DNA from: a virus
Virus record (IMG/VR): IMGVR_UViG_3300044837_000097
Span: 18,716-82,715 of that record
Direction: 5' to 3' (one strand)
DNA length: 64,000 nt
The position numbers were made by a program, and so were the translations under genes. The notes under the pieces are model-generated. The model ran no database searches, was not told where the DNA came from, and saw only the letters and a list, made by a program, of their open reading frames with translations. Below are positions 56,094 through 64,000 of the stretch, one piece after another (position 1 is the stretch's first letter; every line of letters begins with the position of its first letter).

Positions 56094-56552
56094 TCATCCT
56101 AGCATCCTCTCTGCGGCTGCGAAGTCGTTTGACGACAACGAACCGCTCCATTTCTTTTCTCGTTCTGCGGATGCCGCGATTTCCGCCGCGATTTCGTTCT
56201 CTGTAGGCCAACCCTCGATGGGCTTGATTTCTTCACCAGTCCAACTCAGCGGCACCTCTGTTGCCTCGTTCGCTATTTGCGCCTCGGTGAGATAACCTTC
56301 TGGTCTTCCATACTTCGTCAACTTCGACAGTTTCGGCACCCAATCAATGCTGTCGCTGTATGCGGTGAACAAATCATCGCCGTAAAGGTACACAATCTGT
56401 GGAGCGTGGGGGCCGAGTACGTAATAATCTAAGCCGCTCTTGTCGCGCTTCTTGTTTTTCTCAACTATCTCTTTCAAGACAGGGCGGCGCATATCTCGCA
56501 TCAACTGTGCGATTGCCATCCCGCGTCCGTAAGTGTATGGTCTTCCGCTCAT
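56094..56552 (-). CDS. Hypothetical protein
   Basis: 152 aa, SD AAGGAG. Confidence 0.65.
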   Translation of the reverse strand: MSGRPYTYGRGMAIAQLMRDMRRPVLKEIVEKNKKRDKSGLDYYVLGPHAPQIVYLYGDDLFTAYSDSIDWVPKLSKLTKYGRPEGYLTEAQIANEATEVPLSWTGEEIKPIEGWPTENEIAAEIAASAEREKKWSGSLSSNDFAAAERMLG

Positions 56553-56564
56553 CGTTCGTACTCC

Positions 56565-57677
56565 TTATTTGTGATAGTATACGCCCTCAAAACCGTCTGC
56601 TCCTAATAGAAGACCTTTTGCCCACGGCTCCTCCACCGACATCATTTCGACCATGTCATGGACCGTAGGTGAGAGAAGGTCGTCTTCCACCAAGACGATG
56701 CCTTCGTCGTGGACGTGGCCGTGGACAGGGAGTCCACGATTTTCAAACTGGGCCAGTTTTGACGCAAGAACGTCTCTAGCGATTCCTTGAACGAGGTTTT
56801 CAAATAGCTTTCCACCATGTGTTGAGACCCAGACATCCCACTGCTTAGTTTTTTGATTTGTTCCGGCGTAAATGAGAGAGTCACGATAAACGTCAACTTC
56901 GTTTCCATCTTCGTCCTCGCCTTTCCACGGCATAAGCGTTGGCTCAAGTCGTGCGTCAATGTAGTGCAAATAGCGGCCACTCGGAAGCTGCATACGCATC
57001 ATCGAGTGACGGCCTTCAATGTTAACCTTGTCGATGCGGACGGCGTTGCCCGGGCCGACGAAACGCACAGTCTCCGGGTGGTCCGGGTGCATCACGTCCG
57101 CGACAGCGTCTTCCAGTCGTTTCCATATACCGAGCGGTCCAGCGTTCTTATCCGCGTTGCAGATTTCCGGGTACGAGTTGCGGAAGATTTCCACGACCTC
57201 CCCGGCCTGCTTCTGCGACATTTCCACGCTCATCTTATCGGCGTAGTCCCACAGTCCAGTCTTCTTCGTGTACTGAGGGTTGCATTCGGTACCGCAGTTC
57301 TTGCAGTTCGAGGTTATCGCTTGCGCGTTCCATTCAGTCTTGCGGCAGGTGCACTTGAACACATACACGAGAAAGCCACCTGAGAGACGATAAATAGCGC
57401 CGAGCACGCCCGGTTTCGCAATCTGGCGCATACGTTTTGCGTCGGCCTTAGCCTTCTTGCCGTTCCATCCTTGGTAATCCGCCCACAACTGTTCGTACGG
57501 GATGGCAAACATCTTGCTGGCGAAGGATAGATATGGGTCCTTCCCGTTGCGCCAATAGTTCCCCTTCGCATCAGTGTACGGACGGAATACTTCCATCAAA
57601 TCGTGGCACTCGGCAAGCCACGCGCCGACACGGGTCTCGATGGCGTTCAAGTCGCATACGTTGAATCGGTATCTCAT
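56565..57677 (-). CDS. Family A DNA polymerase, C-terminal subunit (motifs A, B, C)
   Basis: CDLNAIETRV, RQIAKPGVLGAIY, ENLVQGIARD, HVHDE. Confidence 0.9.
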   Translation of the reverse strand: MRYRFNVCDLNAIETRVGAWLAECHDLMEVFRPYTDAKGNYWRNGKDPYLSFASKMFAIPYEQLWADYQGWNGKKAKADAKRMRQIAKPGVLGAIYRLSGGFLVYVFKCTCRKTEWNAQAITSNCKNCGTECNPQYTKKTGLWDYADKMSVEMSQKQAGEVVEIFRNSYPEICNADKNAGPLGIWKRLEDAVADVMHPDHPETVRFVGPGNAVRIDKVNIEGRHSMMRMQLPSGRYLHYIDARLEPTLMPWKGEDEDGNEVDVYRDSLIYAGTNQKTKQWDVWVSTHGGKLFENLVQGIARDVLASKLAQFENRGLPVHGHVHDEGIVLVEDDLLSPTVHDMVEMMSVEEPWAKGLLLGADGFEGVYYHK

Positions 57678-57886
57678 TTAAAAATCCAGCCTATCCAGTC
57701 CTCTTTGTGTTCATCTTTCAATGGCTCAAAAACATGCGGCGGCTCATCTTTTGTCATTGACGAGCGAGTCCAACGCCAGTAAGTTCCACGCCAGTAATAT
57801 AGAAGTTCATTCGCTTTATAACCAATGTGTGTGTGAACTCTTCTCTCATGGTCTCCAACCACAGCGTTGGCAATTTCCGCACTCAC
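57674..57886 (-). CDS. Small ORF inside the polymerase split
   Basis: 70 aa; its TGA overlaps the ATG of the C-subunit. Confidence 0.45.
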   Translation of the reverse strand: MSAEIANAVVGDHERRVHTHIGYKANELLYYWRGTYWRWTRSSMTKDEPPHVFEPLKDEHKEDWIGWIFK

Positions 57887-58004
57887 TTATACGGTGTTCT
57901 TCAAATATCAGCCAGTGGTCCACTAATTTGAAGATTTCGCCCACACTACGCCAATAGGATTGTTGAATATCAGTGCTCATGCTTTTAACGACCCAACACT
58001 TCAT
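57846..58004 (-). CDS. 52-aa ORF inside the polymerase split (not in the ORF track)
   Basis: SD GAAGGA, ATGA overlap with the N-subunit stop; MKCWVVKS...ECGNCQRCGWRP. Confidence 0.45.
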   Translation of the reverse strand: MKCWVVKSMSTDIQQSYWRSVGEIFKLVDHWLIFEEHRISECGNCQRCGWRP

Positions 58005-59260
58005 TGTCCTTCATATCCCGGCGCAACAAACACGGTGCGGATGAGGTTCTTCACCACAAGCAGCACAGTGCCGTACTTTGCCTTGATGCCATCGTAATCT
58101 TCCGCGTGAATCATTGCGCGCGCTTCCTTCACAACCTTCTGGTCTTCAAAATCGTACACGATTTCGTTGCCGTCAATCTCGACCTTGATGGGCAGCGGGC
58201 GGGCCATATTGTGCAACTGCACTGCGTTTCCGCTCCATCTTCCACATCTGGGAGAACCGAAAAATATAAATTGACCGCGCAGAAAATTGTCCGCAGAAAT
58301 GGCGTCAAGAATCTTTCCGAGTTTCTGGTAGCTGGTAGATGCAGCTTCCCGGCGCATCTTTAGCGCAGCACGGCATACGTCGGTGAGTTGTAGGTTGGGG
58401 TCCTTTAGCGCCGATGTTACAACATCTTTGCCGATGGACGGGTAAGGGTAGCCTTGGGTGGCGGCCCACTTCTTGATTTGAGCGGGGCTGTTGGCGTTCA
58501 ATACGCCCGTCATAGCCTCGAAGCTGGTCTTAGCTTCTGCCTTAGCACGGAGGGCCAGCGAGTACATCTTGCGAACGAACTCGCGGTCCACAGGCATCCC
58601 ACGGTCATTAATTTTCTGGTCGAGCAGCCAATATTCGTGCTCTGTTGTGGGTAGCGGCATCGCGCCAAGCAAGCGTTCGCGGCGCAGCAATTCCTCTTCC
58701 GCGACCACATCGCGCTTGCCGTATTCCAAGAACTCGGCCCATTCTGCCGGGTGAGAGTTCCAATCGTTGTAGTAGCTGTACTCCGCTGTGCCGTTCGGGT
58801 TCTTCTTAGTCGGCTTCTTGGCTTTCACAACGACCTTCACCGAGAATAGCTTGATGAGTTCCTTGCCGCGCGAGTCCTTCGCTAGATGCGCAGGCACGCC
58901 CAACACTTGACACTGTACGTCTAAGCTGGCCGGGAGCGAGAGATAACGCCCGCCAACTTGCGGGTCGATGAAACGGCTAGCTGGAATTTCGTATCCTAAT
59001 TTTTGGAGCATATATCGCTCAAAACTTGAATTAAAAGCAACTAGCGATACATCGGGATTCAGTAACGCATTATGTAGCTCGTCGGTGTGTCTGATGGAGT
59101 CGCCTTCATAGAATTTGACACACTTGTACTCGCCTTTTTCAACCTTGTACCACAAAAACAAAGGCTCAGTAGCCGGGTCCCAGATGTAGCGGTGTAAACC
59201 GACATCGCCCGGGTCCAACGGAGAACGGGATTCAAAGTCGAGATGGCACTCAATCATCAT
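58001..59260 (-). CDS. Family A DNA polymerase, N-terminal subunit (3'-5' exonuclease and thumb)
   Basis: LDFESRS, AFNSSFER, YGKRDV, KINDRG, GRWSG...QLHNM, LIRTVFVAP. Confidence 0.9.
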   Translation of the reverse strand: MMIECHLDFESRSPLDPGDVGLHRYIWDPATEPLFLWYKVEKGEYKCVKFYEGDSIRHTDELHNALLNPDVSLVAFNSSFERYMLQKLGYEIPASRFIDPQVGGRYLSLPASLDVQCQVLGVPAHLAKDSRGKELIKLFSVKVVVKAKKPTKKNPNGTAEYSYYNDWNSHPAEWAEFLEYGKRDVVAEEELLRRERLLGAMPLPTTEHEYWLLDQKINDRGMPVDREFVRKMYSLALRAKAEAKTSFEAMTGVLNANSPAQIKKWAATQGYPYPSIGKDVVTSALKDPNLQLTDVCRAALKMRREAASTSYQKLGKILDAISADNFLRGQFIFFGSPRCGRWSGNAVQLHNMARPLPIKVEIDGNEIVYDFEDQKVVKEARAMIHAEDYDGIKAKYGTVLLVVKNLIRTVFVAPGYEGQ

Positions 59261-61310
59261 CTGAGAAGCGCATATCGCGTAGCAAGCGAATGATGCGCGG
59301 GTCTCCCTTCACGCCGCGCCCAGCGGCGGCGATGTATCCTGAGTTCACGAGTCCGAAGAACGCGCGGTTCCACAATGTGGTACCGTAGCGGGTCACGCTC
59401 AACTTACGTTCCAAGTCGCGCGACTCCATCTTGCCCTTGTTCTTCTTCAACAAACGGACAACACTTTGCTGAATTGCCGACTCGTCGTTCTTCGACTCGA
59501 AAGTCATCAAAAACTTTTTGACCTCAGCCTCGTAGCGCGCTAGTGCGATGCCGCGCTCCACACAGTCTTCATCAATCTCGCTCAATCCCATGTCGATAGC
59601 AAAATACAACGCCCACTTCTCCGCACGAATCTCGGCGCGAGTGCCGTACTTCTTCAACGTCTCGACGAATGGGGTCTGGTCGAAGAACTGGTAGACCTTC
59701 TGGTCCACAGCTTTATCAATCAGCTTCTTCGTTTCCAGCGCAGCCTCTTGGAAGCCGACCACTTCTTGAATCCGCGTGTCCGGCAAATTCTCCGGTTGCA
59801 GTAGGAACGTGAAGCGGTCATCCAACCCGGTGTCTTCTCCCGCGAGTTGCGACCAAAGTTCGGTGAACTTCTTGTCGGTGGTCGCAGTGATGACCGTCGT
59901 GATATAGCTGTCCGGTGCAACGCTGAATGCGTCCTTCTTCGATTTGATGCTGTTCGAGAAGTTGTTCGACTCGTACATCTTGAGCAGCGCGCTGTTCATA
60001 CCACTGCCCTCGATACGGGCCTTGGACACCAACGCGGAGAGTTCGTCGTAGAACAACACAGCGTTCTTGCAGTTAATGCGTTGCATATCGGTGCCAAGAC
60101 CTTCCGGGGAGCCTGCTTCCCACACGACGGTCTTGCCATCCGCGTTCTTGATTTCCTTGCCGTACATTTGAAGAACGCTCGCGAACTCCAAATATTTCAT
60201 GCCATCCTTGACCGACGACGATTTGTTGGCGCGGCCTTTCTCCCCAATCAGGACGATATAGAACGACGGCTTCCAGCCCTTCAACGGAACGCTGACCTTC
60301 GTGCCGAGGTAGTTCATCATCATAGCGGCAGTCGGCATCCACATGAAGTAGTCCACGCGGCTGTTGACTGCGCAATATGGCTTCACGAACTTCTCATAAA
60401 TGCTCGTGCCGTGCATCACCCACTTGGGGAACACGGGGTATTCGATGGTCTCGAAGTTAATCTCTTCCGGCTCCGGTTCGTACGGCACACTCGGTGCTTG
60501 AGTCAACGCCAGCGACGACGAGACAGGCGCGCCAACCGGGAAGTTGCAAATAGACTTCGCCATCGTCTCAACCTTACTCCAGTCGATAGGCGGTTCGCAA
60601 TTTTCCTCCACCAACTTTTTCAAAGCGATTTCGATAGTGTCGGCATCCAGCCCCATCGCGCGCAGTTTGCCTGCATTGTGGAGTAAATAACCATGAATTG
60701 AGCCGTGGGGGACGCGCCCACTCTCGTTGCGCGGTGATTCCAGCCCTTGTGCTCCCGAGGGCGCGCTGTGCTTCTGAATTTTTTGTGATAGCAACCAGTC
60801 AATCAGCCACTTCGGCGCAGTTGCAATCTCGGTGCCCCAGTTCAGTGCTGTATAAGGTTGTCCGGTGTCCGGGTGGGTGCTGCCGGGACCGACGACATAT
60901 TCACGGTTGGTGCGGACAGACCAGTCTTGGCCGACGACGTAGGTCTGTGAGATATTGCCCAGAGAAAGCGATAGCGAATCATGTCGAAAATAAAAGTGTC
61001 CACGTCCGGGTCTGCTGCGAACGCGGAAGGTATTGATTTCGTTGAGAACGTCATGTCCTGTATCCTTCAAAATGCGCGGCATCACATCCGGTGAGTCCAC
61101 TTCCCAAAACCAGACGCCGCCTTCCTCAGCACGAGCAACACACGCAGCGTTGTGGTCTGAATACAATTTGTCCCACTGTTCGAGTTGTACTTGGTCTGTG
61201 GTCGCGGTGGTGGGGAAGTCCGGCAAGAAAGCACGCTTGGTGCCCGGACGCACGGGTGTCATCGGCACGCCGAGTTTTGCTAGAGGTAGTGCTATTTCTA
61301 GGAAACTCAT
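59250..61310 (-). CDS. Bifunctional primase-polymerase fused to a helicase-like (DUF3987-type) domain
   Basis: PGTKRA...GRGHFYF...YVVGPGSTHP; primase C-terminal CEPP; GEKGRANKSS...FYDEL. Confidence 0.8.
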   Translation of the reverse strand: MSFLEIALPLAKLGVPMTPVRPGTKRAFLPDFPTTATTDQVQLEQWDKLYSDHNAACVARAEEGGVWFWEVDSPDVMPRILKDTGHDVLNEINTFRVRSRPGRGHFYFRHDSLSLSLGNISQTYVVGQDWSVRTNREYVVGPGSTHPDTGQPYTALNWGTEIATAPKWLIDWLLSQKIQKHSAPSGAQGLESPRNESGRVPHGSIHGYLLHNAGKLRAMGLDADTIEIALKKLVEENCEPPIDWSKVETMAKSICNFPVGAPVSSSLALTQAPSVPYEPEPEEINFETIEYPVFPKWVMHGTSIYEKFVKPYCAVNSRVDYFMWMPTAAMMMNYLGTKVSVPLKGWKPSFYIVLIGEKGRANKSSSVKDGMKYLEFASVLQMYGKEIKNADGKTVVWEAGSPEGLGTDMQRINCKNAVLFYDELSALVSKARIEGSGMNSALLKMYESNNFSNSIKSKKDAFSVAPDSYITTVITATTDKKFTELWSQLAGEDTGLDDRFTFLLQPENLPDTRIQEVVGFQEAALETKKLIDKAVDQKVYQFFDQTPFVETLKKYGTRAEIRAEKWALYFAIDMGLSEIDEDCVERGIALARYEAEVKKFLMTFESKNDESAIQQSVVRLLKKNKGKMESRDLERKLSVTRYGTTLWNRAFFGLVNSGYIAAAGRGVKGDPRIIRLLRDMRFSDDD

Positions 61311-61748
61311 TTATCTCGCTCCCGTAAATTTTGGAAAACCAAATTCGGCTCTCCATTTTAAAACGGTATTGTGGTCCACATCGAACTTTTTGGCGGCAAT
61401 TATTCCGCCATCTTTGCTAGCAACTTTTGCTGCTCTCTTACGAAAAGATTTACCATAAATACGGCACTCGTCGCGTAGACTTCTCATTCTATAATTACAA
61501 AGAACGCAAAGAGGAAGGTATTTGGAGGGAAAACGCTCCGCATCTTTCCATGATGCTCGCCCGTGCTTACCATCGGGGTTTATGTGTGCTATCTGTATGT
61601 CTTTAACAGACAACAAAGACAGGTCGCACGGGCATTTTGGGCCTTTTAAACGGCCAAGTCCTGCACAATAAATTTGTCCGTTGCAAAGTTGATTAACAAT
61701 ACGTTCTCGATGTTTTACGATGCAACTCAAAATTACCCCTCGATTCAC
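61311..61748 (-). CDS. HNH-like endonuclease with C-terminal HTH
   Basis: IAHINPDG...LCVLCN; AAKKFDVDHNTVLKW; AT-rich. Confidence 0.6.
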   Translation of the reverse strand: MNRGVILSCIVKHRERIVNQLCNGQIYCAGLGRLKGPKCPCDLSLLSVKDIQIAHINPDGKHGRASWKDAERFPSKYLPLCVLCNYRMRSLRDECRIYGKSFRKRAAKVASKDGGIIAAKKFDVDHNTVLKWRAEFGFPKFTGAR

Positions 61749-61822
61749 GAAAATTAGGCCGTTCTCTCCGACCTGTCACACAACTATCTTTCGCGGCAAT
61801 GTGTCGCCGTCCGAGAGAAAAT

Positions 61823-62413
61823 TTAGAATGCGTCGTTGGAAGTTCCGCCGACCTGCGGTGCTGGCGGCGCTCCCGCGTTCAAGTTGACGTTCGGCGGACG
61901 CTGTTGATACGTCTGCGAAGTCTGACCGGGGTTCGGGCCGGAAGCCTGCTTCGGCTTGTCCTTATGGCGCAGGAAGCCTGCGGGTGCTTGCGGTGGTACG
62001 ACTCCCGGTGGCAGCGGCGAGATTCCGGCAACGAAGGTGACGAACTGGTCCTTGTTCTTCGTGTCCGGTTCCTGCGTCAAGAAGACGCTGTTGGAGCGGC
62101 CAATTAGCAAACGTGCGAGTTCTTCCGTGTTATTCACAACTGGCGGTAGCGCGTTGAGAATCTGGCGGACGGCCTTCGTCAAGTTTGAGTTGTCGCTCAT
62201 GGTGGCGTTGTAGAAGCCTGCTTGCAAGAACGGCTTGCCTTCGCTGTCCATGTAAGGCGCGCCGTTGGCATAAGCGAGCACCCACATGATGCGAATCTTG
62301 TCCTTGGGGCCAAACTTCGTCATTTGCTGCGGCATGTCTACAACGTCGATGATGGTGCCGATGTAGGAACCGCCAGTCGGGCGTTCAAACACTTTATTCT
62401 GACTGATTTCCAT
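61823..62413 (-). CDS. Single-stranded DNA-binding-like protein
   Basis: OB-fold-like N-terminus, P/Q-rich tail ending NDAF. Confidence 0.6.
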   Translation of the reverse strand: MEISQNKVFERPTGGSYIGTIIDVVDMPQQMTKFGPKDKIRIMWVLAYANGAPYMDSEGKPFLQAGFYNATMSDNSNLTKAVRQILNALPPVVNNTEELARLLIGRSNSVFLTQEPDTKNKDQFVTFVAGISPLPPGVVPPQAPAGFLRHKDKPKQASGPNPGQTSQTYQQRPPNVNLNAGAPPAPQVGGTSNDAF

Positions 62414-62425
62414 TTTTGTTTCTCC

Positions 62426-63175
62426 TTATTCGCTTGTGTCCAGTTGTTCCACGGTGTAGTCTGTCTCGCTAATCGCGAACTCGTTGTTGATAGCCTTCCA
62501 CAATCCATCGAGGTCGATTTGCTTCACAGCCTTCCACCATATCTTCCTTTCACTGTTCCAGCGAAACTTGTGTTTTTTAACTTTTGCGTTTTCGTTACGA
62601 GATTGGTGGGACTGAATCACCACCACCGGCGATTGTGCTCTCTGCAATACGTGTTCAAAATTTCTTTTCGCCATCAAACGGAGCGTCGCTCCAACGTCTG
62701 CGCCCGCCTCGTGCGGGTCGTAATAAATTCCTTCCTTGGCACACATCGTGATGAGTTCTTGTGGTCGCATTCCCGGCGTAGGTCCTGCGAGCGTGGCAGG
62801 CATGTCTTCGTACGGGTCGATGATAGTCTTTTCAGGAAAGATGTGGCCAACGCGCTTACCCCACGCGTGCATCATCGGGATGTCGAAGCGGCGTCCGTTA
62901 AATGCGACGACGGCTTGCGCGCGGCCCGTGAAGAAGACGGCTTCCTCGAATGCATCCTTCGGGTCCCATCCGTACTTATCCACCATGCCTTGAGTGATGC
63001 CTGTGATTTCAGTGATTTCGTTGGTGACGGGAACGCCGTCAGACTGAATTAGAATCGCTTTGGCTTCGAGACTACGGTTAAAATTGGTGGTGTACAGCGA
63101 AAGACCGAGTTCTATTGGTCTGTCTTTCACCTTATCAAGTCCAGTGGATTCTATATCTAAGCCCAGTACTATCAC
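62426..63175 (-). CDS. DEDDh 3'-5' exonuclease (DnaQ-like)
   Basis: LDIESTGL, AFNGRRFDIP, HEAGADV. Confidence 0.9.
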   Translation of the reverse strand: MIVLGLDIESTGLDKVKDRPIELGLSLYTTNFNRSLEAKAILIQSDGVPVTNEITEITGITQGMVDKYGWDPKDAFEEAVFFTGRAQAVVAFNGRRFDIPMMHAWGKRVGHIFPEKTIIDPYEDMPATLAGPTPGMRPQELITMCAKEGIYYDPHEAGADVGATLRLMAKRNFEHVLQRAQSPVVVIQSHQSRNENAKVKKHKFRWNSERKIWWKAVKQIDLDGLWKAINNEFAISETDYTVEQLDTSE

Positions 63176-63188
63176 GGTCTTTTTATCC

Positions 63189-63383
63189 TCAAATATCGCT
63201 TGAAAGTCTCCAAATGCAGCGAGTCCCTTTCTTCCATAACAGAATCTTTTTTATTTCTTTTTCTGAAAAATTATACTCGCGCCCTCGTAAACGGTACTCT
63301 AGGTGTTTTAGAGGGTTAGCTTTGCGCCAAAGAGATTGTCGGACATTTATCTTTGCTCTATTATCTTTAGTCCATTGGCTCAT
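63189..63383 (-). pseudogene. Truncated homing endonuclease remnant
   Basis: AT-rich basic N-terminus like the EndoVII genes here (REYNFSEKE); ends before any nuclease motif. Confidence 0.5.
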
Positions 63384-63431
63384 TCTTTTATAGTCACAGA
63401 CCTTGCCAGTAGTGGTGCAGCTTATGTCAGT

Positions 63432-63800
63432 TTACTGCAATAACGGCGTGCTGCCGTCGTTAAGTCGCTCCACTCCCTCGGCATCCGGGTCTGTAACCTC
63501 CGCACCGAGTTTGTGGACGCTGGCAGAGATGTCCACAACCCACTTAAACGGCACGAGGATGCGGTCTGCTGGTGTTTGTCGAAGGTCAATCATGTCGCCT
63601 TGGTTGCGCTGCACCGCCATAGCCTGCATACGCACGAAGGCCATCACTTGGCTTTCGATAGTCTGGTCAATGAACGGCTTCTCGCCTGCGCCACCTTCAC
63701 TTTCCAGAATGATGTATGCGTAAATCTCGGGAGGCAGACCGTTCGTCTGCCCTTCCCAAGAGATGCGTCCAGTAAATTTCAGTGCGTACTGGTTCAGCAT
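63432..63800 (-). CDS. Hypothetical protein
   Basis: 122 aa. Confidence 0.6.
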   Translation of the reverse strand: MLNQYALKFTGRISWEGQTNGLPPEIYAYIILESEGGAGEKPFIDQTIESQVMAFVRMQAMAVQRNQGDMIDLRQTPADRILVPFKWVVDISASVHKLGAEVTDPDAEGVERLNDGSTPLLQ

Positions 63801-64000
63801 CAGTTATCCGTAATCTGGATGTTGGCTGGCTGTCCGGCGCGGATTGCTGCGTCCGCGTCTGCGCGGGCCTTTGCCAACGCTACGGCTGCCGAGACATCAG
63901 CAGCTGAGGCGGCGGATGCGACCTTCGGAGCCTCCGGGATATTGTGCTTGCCCGTTTTTGCGCCTTCCACCTCGCAAATATCCGAGCAGTACGCGAGGTT

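Noticed and set aside
57678-58000. Intron or ribosomal bypass joining the polymerase halves
   Set aside because: No P7 GACUA/UAGUC core or group II domain V is visible, and an in-frame TAA precedes the second ATG.

Overview
This window is part of a tailed dsDNA phage genome, podovirus-like and probably temperate. The + strand (1-29.7 kb) is the morphogenesis operon: portal end, scaffold, major capsid protein, tail/fibre and collagen-like proteins, two adaptor paralogues, nozzle, ejection proteins and a 2050-aa multidomain ejected protein. The - strand (29.6-64 kb) carries replication and recombination genes (primase-polymerase/helicase, family A DNA polymerase, UvrD, SSAP, PD-(D/E)XK, DEDDh), a tyrosine integrase, a GH108 endolysin, a Prs+NAMPT NAD-rebuilding pair, glycosyltransferases and many small accessory genes. 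Several things are hidden from the ORF track. (i) The capsid gene is split by three group I introns into four exons, one only 22 nt long, which join into a 341-aa protein. (ii) The third intron appears to have a non-canonical A-U 5' splice pair instead of U.G. (iii) The ORF-less first intron carries a sigma70 promoter aimed at the second intron's endonuclease. (iv) A small gene is overprinted inside the giant ejected protein. (v) The DNA polymerase is split into two genes with no intron or intein. The helicase also has two inteins. All product calls come from motif recognition by eye; no database search was run.
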